A stretch of 64,000 nucleotides of DNA from NCBI GenBank assembly GCA_947169685.1, contig CAMVQS010000002.1, positions 20,283-84,282 on the forward strand, in the 5' to 3' direction. The notes below the pieces were generated by a model. That model did not search any database. It was given only the letters and a program-made list of their open reading frames with translations, and was not told where the DNA came from. This document shows positions 50,924-62,531 of the stretch, piece by piece. A program made the translations under genes and the position numbers. Numbering within the stretch: the stretch's first letter is position 1; each line of letters starts with the position of its first letter. The DNA is from an uncultured Prevotella sp. (lineage in GTDB: Bacteria; Bacteroidota; Bacteroidia; Bacteroidales; Bacteroidaceae).

Positions 50924-52806
50924 TTTACTACCTCCTTTCTTCCGTTATGGATATAGAGTCCTTTCGTGCTCGGCTTCTCCGAGAGTCGTCGTCCGCTCAG
51001 GTCATACCACTCCCCTCCATCCAACAGGGAGGGGTCGGGGGTGGGTCTCATCCCCGTCGTCTTCTCGTCTCCGAACGTCATGCTCAGGCTGGGAGCCGCA
51101 CTGCCGCTCAGCAGCAGATAAGCCTTCTGGGCAGGCATCGTGGTGCCAGTGTAGCGGTGGAAGCCGAAGTTGTCGCCCACTTTGCCGAGGACGTAGAACG
51201 TTCCCTCGCCGAGCGTCGAAGTGGCTGTGGCTACGTCCACACCTTGCAGGGCATTCGCGGGAACAATGAGGTCGGGGTCTGCCACTATGCTCATGCTGAT
51301 TTCGTTGTCCTCGCCTTTGATGACTACTGGCGTATTCTTGGGGATGTACTTATTCAGTGAGTGCAGCACGACGTTATCGTCGCTCACCTCCGCCGTATAG
51401 GCAGTGGCGTTCTCGCCTTCGTCAATTAAATAACTCGCATCGCCGCAGTAGAACGTCGTCCAGTAGTTACCGTCAGCGAGGTTGGCGGTGAGGTTGATGG
51501 TGGCGGGAACCATCGCCAGCGTCAGGGCGCGGCTCAGAGTTCTTTTCACGTTGGGGGCAACGTAGAGGCAGCCGAGGATGTCGGCCTTGCCGTCGGTGGG
51601 GACGAGCACCCGAGACTCCGTCCCCTCGTCGAGGGTTATGGTTACGCTCAGCGCCTTGCCCTCAGGCACGACGACATACGCGTGGTCGCCCAAGAAGGCA
51701 TCAGCCTCGAATCTGTTGAACGCCCATTCGCAGATGCTGGTAATGCTGGAGGGCAGGGTGACGTCGTGAGTGACTCCGAGGAATACGTAAATTTCGTTAA
51801 AGGCGGTGAGGCTGGTACAGGGGCTCAGGTCGATGCTGGCATTGGCTAAAAAGAAAATGTATTTACCGATACTCGTAAGCGCACTCCCCTCGGAGGCCGA
51901 GATATGGATGCCCGCAGCAGTATTCCGTGAGACCTGCTGAAAAGCAAAATCCCCTATTGTTGTCACGCTGGCGGGGATGGTGATGTCGGAAGAGACGTTG
52001 ACGAAATTTTGGAAAGCATATTCGCTGATGTGCGTCACGCCCTCTTCGATGACAATGGTCTTAATCACATTGCAGATATCATTCCAAGGATGATTATCTT
52101 TTTTATAGTCCATCATCTCGCCGCTGCCGCTGATGGTGAGCACGTCGTAGTCGCTGCTGCCCGTGCTCTTCGTCACAGCCCATGTCACCTCCGAGCCGTT
52201 GAGTCCAGCGTAGGCATCCACCTTGCCGCACGAGCCGGAAAGGTCTTCCTCTGCAATCCACCCGGCATAGAGCGTCAGGGTGTAGCAGTCATTAGGGACG
52301 CTATAACTCAGCGTGTTGTCAAGCACGGTGTCGAAGTCGTAGGGGGTCGTGCAAGCGCTGTTCTTAAACCAGCCGAGGAGGACATAGCCGTCAGCCGTCG
52401 GGTCGGGCGTGGGCCGTGTTACCTTTTGCCCGAGCGTCAGGTTCTGGTTTGTGATAGCATCGCCATGATTCTTCATATTGAATCTGACTTGCACGTTGTT
52501 CGTATAGGGCTTGAAGGTGATGGTGATGACGTCGCTGGCAGAGACGCTGTAGTAGGGGTCCTCGTTGACGGGTGCGATTGATTCGAGCTCTGTCATAGAG
52601 CCCTCCCTCATCACGCTCACAAGATAGTAGCCCGTGGCGGGCGTCACATAGAGTTTTGTGCTGTCTGCACTCACACTGTACGTGCCACCATTCGCTGGAT
52701 ATACCGTCACGGTCAGCGCCCGCGTCGTCGTGGCAGTGAGCATCATCACGAGCAGCACGAGCGCTGCCCGCAGCGAAAAAGTCTTTAAATGTTTTAGTTG
52801 GTTCAT
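50920..52806 (-). CDS. T9SS surface protein with InlB B-repeat and BspA-like LRR
   Basis: PDPTADGYVLLGWF..YDF; IVIEEGVTHISEYAF, TIPASVTTIGDFAF; C-terminal WYDLSGRRLSEKPSTKGLYIHNGRKEVVK. Confidence 0.85.
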   Translation of the reverse strand: MNQLKHLKTFSLRAALVLLVMMLTATTTRALTVTVYPANGGTYSVSADSTKLYVTPATGYYLVSVMREGSMTELESIAPVNEDPYYSVSASDVITITFKPYTNNVQVRFNMKNHGDAITNQNLTLGQKVTRPTPDPTADGYVLLGWFKNSACTTPYDFDTVLDNTLSYSVPNDCYTLTLYAGWIAEEDLSGSCGKVDAYAGLNGSEVTWAVTKSTGSSDYDVLTISGSGEMMDYKKDNHPWNDICNVIKTIVIEEGVTHISEYAFQNFVNVSSDITIPASVTTIGDFAFQQVSRNTAAGIHISASEGSALTSIGKYIFFLANASIDLSPCTSLTAFNEIYVFLGVTHDVTLPSSITSICEWAFNRFEADAFLGDHAYVVVPEGKALSVTITLDEGTESRVLVPTDGKADILGCLYVAPNVKRTLSRALTLAMVPATINLTANLADGNYWTTFYCGDASYLIDEGENATAYTAEVSDDNVVLHSLNKYIPKNTPVVIKGEDNEISMSIVADPDLIVPANALQGVDVATATSTLGEGTFYVLGKVGDNFGFHRYTGTTMPAQKAYLLLSGSAAPSLSMTFGDEKTTGMRPTPDPSLLDGGEWYDLSGRRLSEKPSTKGLYIHNGRKEVVK

Positions 52807-52865
52807 ATCTTCTGTTTATGATTGTTATTGTTGAATGGTTTATGGGACGGCAGGGGTGGCGGGGC

Positions 52866-53183
52866 TTATACTGCCACGCCTGTCCGCATTACATCGTCGT
52901 AAAGCGGTGAGTGTTGGTTTTCCTCAAGCAGGACAGGCTCGATAAGAATATTTACCTTGTCAACATCCATCCAGAGATCGGTGGAAATCGTGAGCCAGTC
53001 GCCCTCAATGCTGGGGACGATAATGGCCACGTCTATGTCACTCTCAGGTTTGGGATAGCCTTTCGAGTAGGAACCGTACATATAGACCTTTGGCTCCTTC
53101 TTAAAGCGTGGACTGATTACTCGTTTGTAGTCTCGGACGATGCTTAGGGCTTCGTCTCTTGTGAGCACTTTTGTAGTATCCAT
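52866..53183 (-). CDS. Minimal nucleotidyltransferase (MNT) antitoxin
   Basis: VYMYGSYSKG..ESDIDVAII. Confidence 0.88.
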   Translation of the reverse strand: MDTTKVLTRDEALSIVRDYKRVISPRFKKEPKVYMYGSYSKGYPKPESDIDVAIIVPSIEGDWLTISTDLWMDVDKVNILIEPVLLEENQHSPLYDDVMRTGVAV

Positions 53184-53551
53184 TGTTGCATTCGTTTTGT
53201 TTCGTCAATAATGTTACGGCATGTTTGTTCGTTGAGGGAACGAGCAATTCCTGTCTTATATTCCGGGTAGCGGGCCTCGATATTCATATTGTTGATTAGG
53301 CCGAGAAACCTGCGCTGTGTATCGTTCATTTGGTTGTATAGACCTGCTCCCTCAGCCAGACGACGGTGATTGTGTACGTATGGAGGCTCGTCTTCTCTCA
53401 TCGCATTCCAATAGGCTTTCAAGGTTTTTTCAATAACCTGATGGCACATGAAAGCGACATAGAGCCAGCGCTTTGCCTTGAACAGGTCTTCAGCCACACC
53501 AAGATCTTCGTTGGCGATATCTGTCCAGTATGCTACTTTGTCTGTTGCCAT
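53144..53551 (-). CDS. HEPN domain protein
   Basis: W..IA.EDL..A, F.CHQ.IEK.LKA, HN..RL, IEARYP. Confidence 0.88.
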   Translation of the reverse strand: MATDKVAYWTDIANEDLGVAEDLFKAKRWLYVAFMCHQVIEKTLKAYWNAMREDEPPYVHNHRRLAEGAGLYNQMNDTQRRFLGLINNMNIEARYPEYKTGIARSLNEQTCRNIIDETKRMQQWILQKCSQETKP

Positions 53552-53575
53552 AATGCTTTTATCTTGTTTTGCCTG

Positions 53576-53662
53576 CAAAGGTACGATTAAGTGAGCAAAT
53601 AAACAAGAAAATTCTTGTTTTTTTCGAACGTGAGTACCTTCGACCGTCAGGTCAAAGGTAGT
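53576..53662 (-). promoter_or_regulatory. Tandem promoter-bearing element upstream of HEPN
   Basis: Two TACCTTTG -7 boxes on the minus strand; internal hairpins aacaagaa/ttcttgtt and taccttcgacc/ggtcaaaggta. Confidence 0.5.
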
Positions 53663-53765
53663 GATTTACTTTAATATTTACAAATATAGAGGCAAATTAT
53701 TTGCTGATTCAGGCGAAAAGTCGTATATTTGCAGGCTAAAGAAACTCTTAAACAATCATCGACTT

Positions 53766-54452
53766 ATGGCAGCATACGACATTCTACCCATTGACTACAA
53801 CATCCTGCCCAACCCACTGCCCGACGAGCAGGGACGCACCACCTACCAGGTGCGACAGGACACACGCGGAGCCCTATACACCAGGGGCCTCGTGGAACAC
53901 ATGCGCCGTCACCACAAACTGACGGAATACCCCATCGACGCCATCATTCATACGCTGGCGGAGGAAATCGTGGAGCAGCTCTTCTACAACCGCTGCATGC
54001 ACATCGACGGGCTGGGCACCTTCTCGCTCACCATCGGCCTGAAGCCCGTCATCGACGAGCAGGGCGTGGCCCACAAACGGCAGGTGACCGACCCCAACGA
54101 GATTACCGGCAACGACATCGAGGTGACGGGCATCGCCTTCAAGCCCGACGTTGAGTTCACCCGTCTGGCCACCCAGCGGCCTGCACGCTTCCGCCACTCC
54201 GAGCCACGCGGCATCGTGGGGCACTCCATCCACTATACCCGTGAGGAGATGACGGAAAGCCTGCTCAGTTACCTCGACAAATATGGCTCCATCTCGCGCG
54301 GTATCTTTATCATGGGATGGAACCTGACGAAGCACCAGGCACTGAAATGGCTCCATGAACTCTCTACAGGCGACAACCCGCCACTCGTGGAGACACGTCC
54401 TACCAACGCCTATGTCTATCATCGCAACCCCGACTACAAGCCCGAGAAGTAA
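53766..54452 (+). CDS. Bacteroidales HU-like DNA-binding protein with C-terminal winged HTH
   Basis: HIDGLGTFSLTI..I.VTGIAFKPD (HU-like); LLSYLDKYGSISR..LTKHQALKWL.EL..YVY (wHTH). Confidence 0.8.
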   Translation: MAAYDILPIDYNILPNPLPDEQGRTTYQVRQDTRGALYTRGLVEHMRRHHKLTEYPIDAIIHTLAEEIVEQLFYNRCMHIDGLGTFSLTIGLKPVIDEQGVAHKRQVTDPNEITGNDIEVTGIAFKPDVEFTRLATQRPARFRHSEPRGIVGHSIHYTREEMTESLLSYLDKYGSISRGIFIMGWNLTKHQALKWLHELSTGDNPPLVETRPTNAYVYHRNPDYKPEK

Positions 54453-54456
54453 CGAC

Positions 54457-54712
54457 TCCCCGTCGCGAAGGTGCCGTATCCCCGTCGCGAAGGTGCCGTA
54501 TCCTCGTCACGAAGGTGCCGTATCCTCGTCACGAAGGTGCCGACTTCATATACTTCCGACTATAGTCAGCAGACCTTCCGACTATAGTCAGCAAAACTTC
54601 CGACTATAGTCAGCAGTTCTTCCGACTATAGTCAGCAGCAAAGAAAGTGCCGTCCTCTGCATTGAGAAGACGGCACCTTCGTGACGGGGATACGGCACCT
54701 CCGCAAGGGGGG
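54457..54712. repeat. Composite 22-bp arrays: A x4, B x4, then A inverted x2
   Basis: A=TCCCCGTCGCGAAGGTGCCGTA (54457-54542); B=CTTCCGACTATAGTCAGCAGAC (54553-54640); reverse-complement A at 54669-54712. Confidence 0.9.
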
Positions 54713-54811
54713 GACGCCGTCTGAGGGCCAAAAACTTTTCGAGTTTCTATCGGGTAAATTTGGTGGAGTCAAAAAAAAGTTGTACTTTTGCACGCCTTTT
54801 AATATATAAGT

Positions 54812-57511
54812 ATGGAATTAGCAAGCAAATACGACCCGAAAGAGGTCGAAGGAAAATGGTATCAGTACTGGCTGGACAATAAGCTGTTCGCCTCGAAACC
54901 CGATGGACGTGAGCCCTATACAATCGTGATTCCGCCGCCCAACGTGACGGGTGTGCTGCACATGGGTCACATGCTCAATAATACGATTCAGGACATCCTG
55001 GTGCGTCGTGCCCGCATGGAGGGCAAGAACGCCTGCTGGGTGCCCGGCACCGACCACGCCTCGATTGCTACGGAGGCGAAGGTGGTGAAGAAGCTCGCCG
55101 AGCAGGGCATCAAGAAGCATGACCTGACGCGTGAGCAGTTCCTGGAGCATGCCTGGGACTGGACGCACGAGCACGGCGGCATTATCCTGAAGCAGCTGCG
55201 CCGGCTGGGTGCCAGCTGTGATTGGGACCGCACGGCCTTCACGATGGACGAGAAGCGTTCGGAGAGCGTCATCAAGGTGTTTGTGGACCTCTATAACAAG
55301 GGACTCATCTACCGCGGGCTGCGCATGGTGAACTGGGATCCGAAGGCACTGACCGCCCTCTCTACTGAGGAGGTCATCTACAAGGAAGAGCAGAGCCACC
55401 TGTTCCACCTGAAGTATTATGTTGACGGTACAGTTACCGACGATTTCCCCGTCGGTGACGGCAACGTCATCCACAAGGACGAGAAGGGTTACTACGCAGT
55501 GGTGGCTACCACGCGTCCTGAGACCATCATGGGCGATACCGCTATGTGTATCAACCCCAAGGACCCGAAGAACCAGTGGCTGAAGGGCAAGAAGGTCATT
55601 GTCCCGCTGGTGGGCCGCGTCATCCCCGTCATCGAGGACCGCTACGTGGATATCGAGTTCGGTACGGGCTGTCTGAAGGTGACGCCTGCCCACGACACGA
55701 ACGACTACATGCTGGGTAAGACACACAACCTGGAGACCATCGACATCTTCAACCCCGACGGCACCATCTCGGAGCAGTCACCGCTCTACGTGGGCATGGA
55801 CCGCATGGACTGCCGCAAGCAGATTGTGAAAGACCTGCAGGCAGCAGGACTGATGGAGCGCATTGAGGACTATACGAACAAGGTGGGCTACTCGGAGCGT
55901 AACCCCGACACGGCCATTGAGCCGCGTCTCTCGCTGCAGTGGTTCCTGAAGATGCAGCACTTTGCCGACATCGCCCTGCCGCCCGTGATGAACGGCGAAA
56001 TGAAGTTCTACCCCGAGAAATACAAGAACACCTACAAGAACTGGTTGGAGAACATCCAGGACTGGTGTATCTCACGTCAGCTGTGGTGGGGACACCGCAT
56101 ACCGGCGTACTACTATAACGAGGAGGGTGACTTCGTGGTTGCCGAGACGCGCGAGAAGGCGCTCGAGCTGGCCAAGCAGAAGAACCCTGCCATCACGGAT
56201 GCAGACCTCCGTCAGGACGAGGATGCACTCGACACGTGGTTCTCAAGCTGGCTGTGGCCCATCTCGCTGTTCGACGGCATCAACAACCCGGGCAACGAGG
56301 AAATCAACTACTATTACCCCACGAGCGACTTGGTGACGGCTCCCGATATTATCTTCTTCTGGGTGGCCCGCATGATTATGGCCGGCGAGGAGTACATGGG
56401 TAAGTTCCCCTTCAAGAACGTGTATTTCACGGGTATCGTGCGCGACAAGCTCGGCCGTAAGATGTCGAAGTCGCTGGGTAACTCGCCTGATCCCATTGAG
56501 CTGATTGAGAAGTTCGGTGCCGACGGCGTGCGCATGGGTATGATGCTCTCGGCTCCTGCAGGCAACGATATCCTTTTTGATGAGGCGCTCTGCGAGCAGG
56601 GACGTAACTTCAACAATAAGATTTGGAACGCCTTCCGTCTGGTCAAGGGCTGGGAGGTGGCTGACGTGGAACAGGCAGAGGCCGGCAAGACCGCTGTCCG
56701 TTGGTTCGACGCGAAACTGAAGGAAGCTGCTGCCGAACTGGACGACCTGTTCTCGAAGTACCGCATATCGGAGGCCCTGATGGTGGTCTATAAGCTGTTC
56801 TGGGACGAGTTCTCAAGCTGGTATCTGGAGATGGTGAAGCCTGCCTACATCGACGGCAAGCCGCAGCCCATCGACCGCGAGACCTACGAGCAGACGCTGC
56901 GCTTCTTCGACGTACTGCTGAAGATGCTGCATCCGTTCATGCCGTTCATCACCGAGGAGCTGTGGCAGGCACTCTACGAGCGCAAGCCGGGCGACAGCAT
57001 CATGCGTGAAAGCCTCGTGCTCAGCGGATTAGCCGCTGAGGAACAGCAGCTCATCAGCGACGTGGAGAAGGTGAAGCAGATTGTGAGCGGTGTGCGCATG
57101 GTTCGCAGCCAGAAGAACATTGCACCGAAGGAGCAGCTGGAACTGCAGGTGGTAGGAGCCAATGCCTACGAGCAGTACAATGCTGTCATTCAGAAGATGG
57201 CCAACCTGAGCGCTATTCAGGTAGTCAGCGAGAAGGATGCTACGGCATCGGCCTTCATGGTGGGTACCGACGAGTTTGCCGTACCCCTGGGTTCGATGAT
57301 TGACGTGGCAGCCGAGATTGAGAAGGCTGAGGCTCAGCTGAAGCACTTAGAGGGTTTCCTGGCTGGTGTGGAGAAGAAGCTGGCCAACGAACGTTTCGTG
57401 GCTAACGCGCCTGAGGCTGTGGTGGCTATGGAACGCAAGAAGCAGAGCGACTCGAAGGAGAAGATTGCTGCACTGAAGGAGAGCATCGCTGCACTGAAGG
57501 CACAGCAGTAA
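54812..57511 (+). CDS. valS: Valine--tRNA ligase
   Basis: [35 protein letters not shown]. Confidence 0.98.
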   Translation: MELASKYDPKEVEGKWYQYWLDNKLFASKPDGREPYTIVIPPPNVTGVLHMGHMLNNTIQDILVRRARMEGKNACWVPGTDHASIATEAKVVKKLAEQGIKKHDLTREQFLEHAWDWTHEHGGIILKQLRRLGASCDWDRTAFTMDEKRSESVIKVFVDLYNKGLIYRGLRMVNWDPKALTALSTEEVIYKEEQSHLFHLKYYVDGTVTDDFPVGDGNVIHKDEKGYYAVVATTRPETIMGDTAMCINPKDPKNQWLKGKKVIVPLVGRVIPVIEDRYVDIEFGTGCLKVTPAHDTNDYMLGKTHNLETIDIFNPDGTISEQSPLYVGMDRMDCRKQIVKDLQAAGLMERIEDYTNKVGYSERNPDTAIEPRLSLQWFLKMQHFADIALPPVMNGEMKFYPEKYKNTYKNWLENIQDWCISRQLWWGHRIPAYYYNEEGDFVVAETREKALELAKQKNPAITDADLRQDEDALDTWFSSWLWPISLFDGINNPGNEEINYYYPTSDLVTAPDIIFFWVARMIMAGEEYMGKFPFKNVYFTGIVRDKLGRKMSKSLGNSPDPIELIEKFGADGVRMGMMLSAPAGNDILFDEALCEQGRNFNNKIWNAFRLVKGWEVADVEQAEAGKTAVRWFDAKLKEAAAELDDLFSKYRISEALMVVYKLFWDEFSSWYLEMVKPAYIDGKPQPIDRETYEQTLRFFDVLLKMLHPFMPFITEELWQALYERKPGDSIMRESLVLSGLAAEEQQLISDVEKVKQIVSGVRMVRSQKNIAPKEQLELQVVGANAYEQYNAVIQKMANLSAIQVVSEKDATASAFMVGTDEFAVPLGSMIDVAAEIEKAEAQLKHLEGFLAGVEKKLANERFVANAPEAVVAMERKKQSDSKEKIAALKESIAALKAQQ

Positions 57512-57515
57512 CAAT

Positions 57516-57552
57516 AAAGACGGGTGTCGCACAAGCGGCACCCGTCTTTTCT
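57516..57552. terminator. Bidirectional Rho-independent terminator
   Basis: aaagacgggtg...cacccgtctttt between convergent genes. Confidence 0.8.
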
Positions 57553-57573
57553 TTACCCTAAATCCTTATCTAA

Positions 57574-57828
57574 TTACCCCATTGGGTGGAAGTTGTCGCG
57601 TTCGCCCATGACGTACGCCTTGCCGTCTTCTTCCTTCAGGTAAATCTGAAGGTCGCTGAAGAAACCCGTTGCCTGCATGGCTTGCAAATCGAGGATGGCA
57701 TCCTCTTCTGCTTCGTATTCCTTGGCCAGGCTCAGGTCGTTCTTGAAACTCATCTTTTTCGCTTCGTTGTCGAAGACGGCTATCCACTCATTTTTTACTC
57801 TGTCGCCGATTACAAATTTCTTGCTCAT
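57574..57828 (-). CDS. Small acidic hypothetical protein
   Basis: AT-rich leader, TAACTTTG promoter upstream, natural composition. Confidence 0.7.
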   Translation of the reverse strand: MSKKFVIGDRVKNEWIAVFDNEAKKMSFKNDLSLAKEYEAEEDAILDLQAMQATGFFSDLQIYLKEEDGKAYVMGERDNFHPMG

Positions 57829-57867
57829 ATCTTTGTGTAGTTTTAAGTAGTTTGTTTTTATAAATGA

Positions 57868-57923
57868 TTTCTGCCTGCAAAGTTACGCGGAAAAACCTTT
57901 CGTTGTAACTCTGCAGGCAGAAA
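57868..57923 (-). terminator. glyA terminator hairpin overlapping the next promoter
   Basis: tttctgcctgcaaagttac...gtaactctgcaggcagaaa; one arm contains the TAACTTTG box. Confidence 0.6.
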
Positions 57924-57951
57924 ATCTTACGTAAACGTTTGTTGTATGCGT

Positions 57952-59232
<1,281 letters not shown>

Positions 59233-59272
59233 CTTTGTCTATCTGGTTTTGATTTTTGCCTGCAAAGGTACT

Positions 59273-59311
59273 AATAATTCCCGAAACTGCCAAGCGTTTC
59301 GGGAATTATTA
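59273..59311 (-). terminator. Terminator-like hairpin
   Basis: aataattcccgaaac...gtttcgggaattatt. Confidence 0.65.
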
Positions 59312-59337
59312 TCATTCAGCGTGAGTGGATTCTTCTT

Positions 59338-60477
59338 CTATCTGATGAGTATCTTCTGTCCGTGATGCAGATAGATGCCAGGAGTCGTCGGCTTTTTGGC
59401 AAACCGGCGTCCCTGCAGGTCGTACCAGCCTTCTCTGTTCTGGTATGGGCTGACAGTGATACTCTCTATGCCTGATCCACTATCTCCCGTTGGGACGATT
59501 CGGAACTTTACGGCAACGGGGAAGTGGTCGCCAAAGGGCTTGTCAGGGTCGTCACTACGCATGTAGCCCGTTTTGTCGAGACTATAACTAAGTGCCGTCA
59601 ACTGGCCGCCGTCCGTGGGGTTGATGAACAGGATCTTATCGTACAACTCCCCGCGGTGCCCCCAGCCATTTTCATCATGCGTCACGGGGCCGTCTACCTT
59701 GGCAGGATATTCTCCGTTCCGCTCTAACTCTACCCAGGCGTCAAAGACTCTGGCCTTGCCTGTCGACTCGATATAGTCGACAAACTGCGACTTGATGTCG
59801 TCGCGAGGGTAGTAACTGTTCATATCGCCCAGCACGATCACGGGCCGTTTGTCAAGACGAGCCATAATGCTGTCGCGTATCTGCCGCCATTGGGCGATGC
59901 GTGCCTCGCGGTCGGGGCCGTCACGGCCAGACTCTTCGTCCTTGTCATAACTGGCATCCCAGTGTCCGTTGTAGACGACGATTTCCGAACCGCCTTTCAG
60001 GGTGAGGTCATAGCGGCGGAAGCCCTTATCGGTAAGTGCGTCGGCGGCATGGCTGAAAATACCGTACGACTCATCCCAGCAGACGCTTTGGGTGTGCTCA
60101 CCCTGGATGCCATGATGCCAGATGAGGCTGATGCCGTCGTAGGGGAAGGGGAAGGCAAAGGACTCGAGTGAGATCTTGCCCAGGCACTGGTCGTGGTGGT
60201 AACTGCTTTCGAGTTTCGTAAAGAGCAGGTCGTAGTAGTTGAAGTTTTCCTGCAGGCCCACGAGGTCATAGTCTTTCTGTAGCAGATAGTCGGCAATCTC
60301 CGGCGTATATTTCTCGCCAGGCCCGTCGATGTTGACGGGGATCCCAATCACATGGGTGGGCAGTCCGTCGATGTTAAGCGTTGCCACGGTGAATTCTTCA
60401 GTATGTCCCTGTGCCAGAGCGGAAAGGATGCTGCCCCATAGGATGGCGGCTGTGGTCAGTAAGAGATATCTTCTCAT
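59338..60477 (-). CDS. T9SS-secreted EEP family enzyme (sphingomyelinase/nuclease-like)
   Basis: TLNIDGLP, LQENF, KGFRRY, LGDMNS, DKILF, GDHFPV; CTD WYDLQGRR..PGIYLHHGQKILIR. Confidence 0.85.
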   Translation of the reverse strand: MRRYLLLTTAAILWGSILSALAQGHTEEFTVATLNIDGLPTHVIGIPVNIDGPGEKYTPEIADYLLQKDYDLVGLQENFNYYDLLFTKLESSYHHDQCLGKISLESFAFPFPYDGISLIWHHGIQGEHTQSVCWDESYGIFSHAADALTDKGFRRYDLTLKGGSEIVVYNGHWDASYDKDEESGRDGPDREARIAQWRQIRDSIMARLDKRPVIVLGDMNSYYPRDDIKSQFVDYIESTGKARVFDAWVELERNGEYPAKVDGPVTHDENGWGHRGELYDKILFINPTDGGQLTALSYSLDKTGYMRSDDPDKPFGDHFPVAVKFRIVPTGDSGSGIESITVSPYQNREGWYDLQGRRFAKKPTTPGIYLHHGQKILIR

Positions 60478-60882
60478 TTTTGTCGATAAACGTTTAGGGG
60501 GTGAACGTGTAGCGTCTGAGTTGTCGTAGTCTCATAAGCGAAAGATTGTTCCGTCTGCAAAGTTAATGATTTCTACTGGATTATCCAAGTTTTTATCTCA
60601 GAAATTGCTCAACCGTGCAAGACGTACAAGTTTAGCAACGCGAAACTTGTCTTTAAAACAGATATGCCAATGGACAGATAAAAATATAAGGACCTTACTC
60701 TTTTAAGCAATATAGGTTATCCCCGCTCGGCTTCCCGAAGGGTGACGCTTGCTTTAGCAAAATACATAGAACAATGTGAGCGAAGCAGATAACAAAGGGA
60801 AATAGCAGGAAAGTTCTAGTTTTTAGAAATAATTATCTGTTTTCTTTTGAAAATCAAAACTTTTTATAACTTTGCAACCGAA

Positions 60883-61212
60883 ATGAGAATTGTATCACAC
60901 AGACGGTTAGTTGAGTTCTACAGTTTGGAAAGGCTACGGGTAGGCGCGTCAGCGGGAATGGGACATGGAGACGCTCAGGCTGCACTTGAACGATGGTATG
61001 ACATCGCAGAAAAGGCAGAGTGGAAGAACCTGTCGGATATAAAGGCAGACTTTCCTTCGACAGACTACGTAGGCAACCAGCATTATGTCTTTGACATCAG
61101 GGGCAACAAATATCGTCTTGTTGTGGTTGTAAAGTTTACAATCGGGCATATCTTCATCCGATTTGTAGGTACGTATAGTGAATACGATAAGATAGATGTT
61201 TCAACGATATAA
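60883..61212 (+). CDS. higB: HigB family toxin with short in-frame insertion
   Basis: MRIVSH..L.EF, ALERWY..A.W....DIK.DFP..DYVGN.HYVF.IRGNKYRLVV, F.GT..EYDKI. Confidence 0.88.
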   Translation: MRIVSHRRLVEFYSLERLRVGASAGMGHGDAQAALERWYDIAEKAEWKNLSDIKADFPSTDYVGNQHYVFDIRGNKYRLVVVVKFTIGHIFIRFVGTYSEYDKIDVSTI

Positions 61213-61229
61213 TAAAAGGAGGTACGAAT

Positions 61230-61535
61230 ATGGCAAAGATTACAAAAGAACAATATGAGTTCGCATTGGCACGTATTGAAGAACTGCTGCCAATGGTGGA
61301 CGACAACACACCTGCCAACGACCGCAATGCCGTGGAGTTGACAATGATGTCGGATGTCGTCATAGACTACGAGAAGGAGCACTATCCCATAGGCAAACCC
61401 ACCGTAGCCCAGTTGATTCAATTGTCGTTGGACGAGAAGAACATGAGTCAGAAACAGTTAGCTGCAGAGATCGGGGTCAGCCCATCACGCATAAGCGACT
61501 ATGCTATTCTCCAAGAAGAACTGGAGATGGCATAA
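61230..61535 (+). CDS. higA: HigA family antitoxin, probably C-terminally truncated
   Basis: YE.ALARIEELL..DYEKEHYPI..MSQKQLAAEIGVSPSRISDY, then an unrelated tail. Confidence 0.75.
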   Translation: MAKITKEQYEFALARIEELLPMVDDNTPANDRNAVELTMMSDVVIDYEKEHYPIGKPTVAQLIQLSLDEKNMSQKQLAAEIGVSPSRISDYAILQEELEMA

Positions 61536-61546
61536 AACAGTTAACA

Positions 61547-61558
61547 GTGTCGGCTCAT
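61547..61558 (+). repeat. GTGTCGGCTCA motif (inverted copy at 63922-63932, direct GTCGGCTCATA at 63980-63990)
   Basis: Read directly. Confidence 0.7.
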
Positions 61559-61649
61559 AGCTTTTTTGTAGAGTGGATATGATGGGACTTTGTGGTGTCA
61601 TATATATATATATGAACTTGTGAATATTAACAATAAAGAAGTAAAGGTC

Positions 61650-62531
61650 ATGGGTAAAATTTCAAGAATGAAAAGTGGCCTGCTTAATAGGGGGCACGAA
61701 CTTTACAAGATTCTTAAAGGAGAAAAGGCCCCAACATGGTGGAACAGCCTGAAGGAGGACAAGGATATTTACATCGAGATAAGGAAAGGGAATATTATAG
61801 ACGCATATTATCTTGGCGGCAGGATGGCCGAAATAAAACTTGACAGAGATAATCGGATAGTAGTAACTGCACATCCCAAATACTTGGGATTTTTAGAAGA
61901 AGAGGATGGGCAATATTATAGGAAAGGCATAAAAGATGGTAAAATTGTATATACTCCGATATACCAAGTCTGTTCAGAATGGCTATTGAATCGTAAGGAT
62001 GAAATGAAAGCTAATATTCAAAAATACTATTCAGGAAGAAATAACGGGGAAGAAACTTCAGAAAAGTATATCCAAGGGATGCTTATTCTTAAAGGCAGAG
62101 GCAAATACCTTGATTCAGAATTTGCACATAGACTGTATGAAGATAAGATTGAAACGGTTAGAATAGATCTTGTTAAGATAGAAAATGGATTCATTGTATT
62201 TGAAGAATTAAAAAGAATAGGTGATAACAGACTCAGAAACACGAAGGGAGATCCAGAAATCTTGACGCAGATAAAGAATTATCGTGAGTTTTTAAAAGTC
62301 AACAAGGATATCTTGACGGAGTATTACAAGACTCTTTATGAAATAAAAAAAAACCTAGGCCTGCCTGTGCCAATAGTAGGCAATGTCAACGATTTGGTGG
62401 TTAATCCAGAACCGCAATTACTCATAGCCAATAATTACGAGAGGAAAACAGAAGGTAGAGACATAAGAATCAAAGAAATTGAAAAGATACTAGCTACAGA
62501 AAATGTAAAACCTAATTATTGCAATCCATGA
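61650..62531 (+). CDS. Hypothetical protein with PD-(D/E)XK-like nuclease motifs
   Basis: EKYIQ..DSEF..RIDLV..FEELKR..QIKNY; AT-rich. Confidence 0.6.
   Translation: MGKISRMKSGLLNRGHELYKILKGEKAPTWWNSLKEDKDIYIEIRKGNIIDAYYLGGRMAEIKLDRDNRIVVTAHPKYLGFLEEEDGQYYRKGIKDGKIVYTPIYQVCSEWLLNRKDEMKANIQKYYSGRNNGEETSEKYIQGMLILKGRGKYLDSEFAHRLYEDKIETVRIDLVKIENGFIVFEELKRIGDNRLRNTKGDPEILTQIKNYREFLKVNKDILTEYYKTLYEIKKNLGLPVPIVGNVNDLVVNPEPQLLIANNYERKTEGRDIRIKEIEKILATENVKPNYCNP

Noticed and set aside
54457-54712. CRISPR array
   Set aside because: Units are head-to-tail with no unique spacers, and there are no cas genes in the window
60480-60880. ncRNA or riboswitch in the 400-bp gap before higB
   Set aside because: Only divergent TAACTTTG promoter boxes and weak hairpins; no recognisable RNA family
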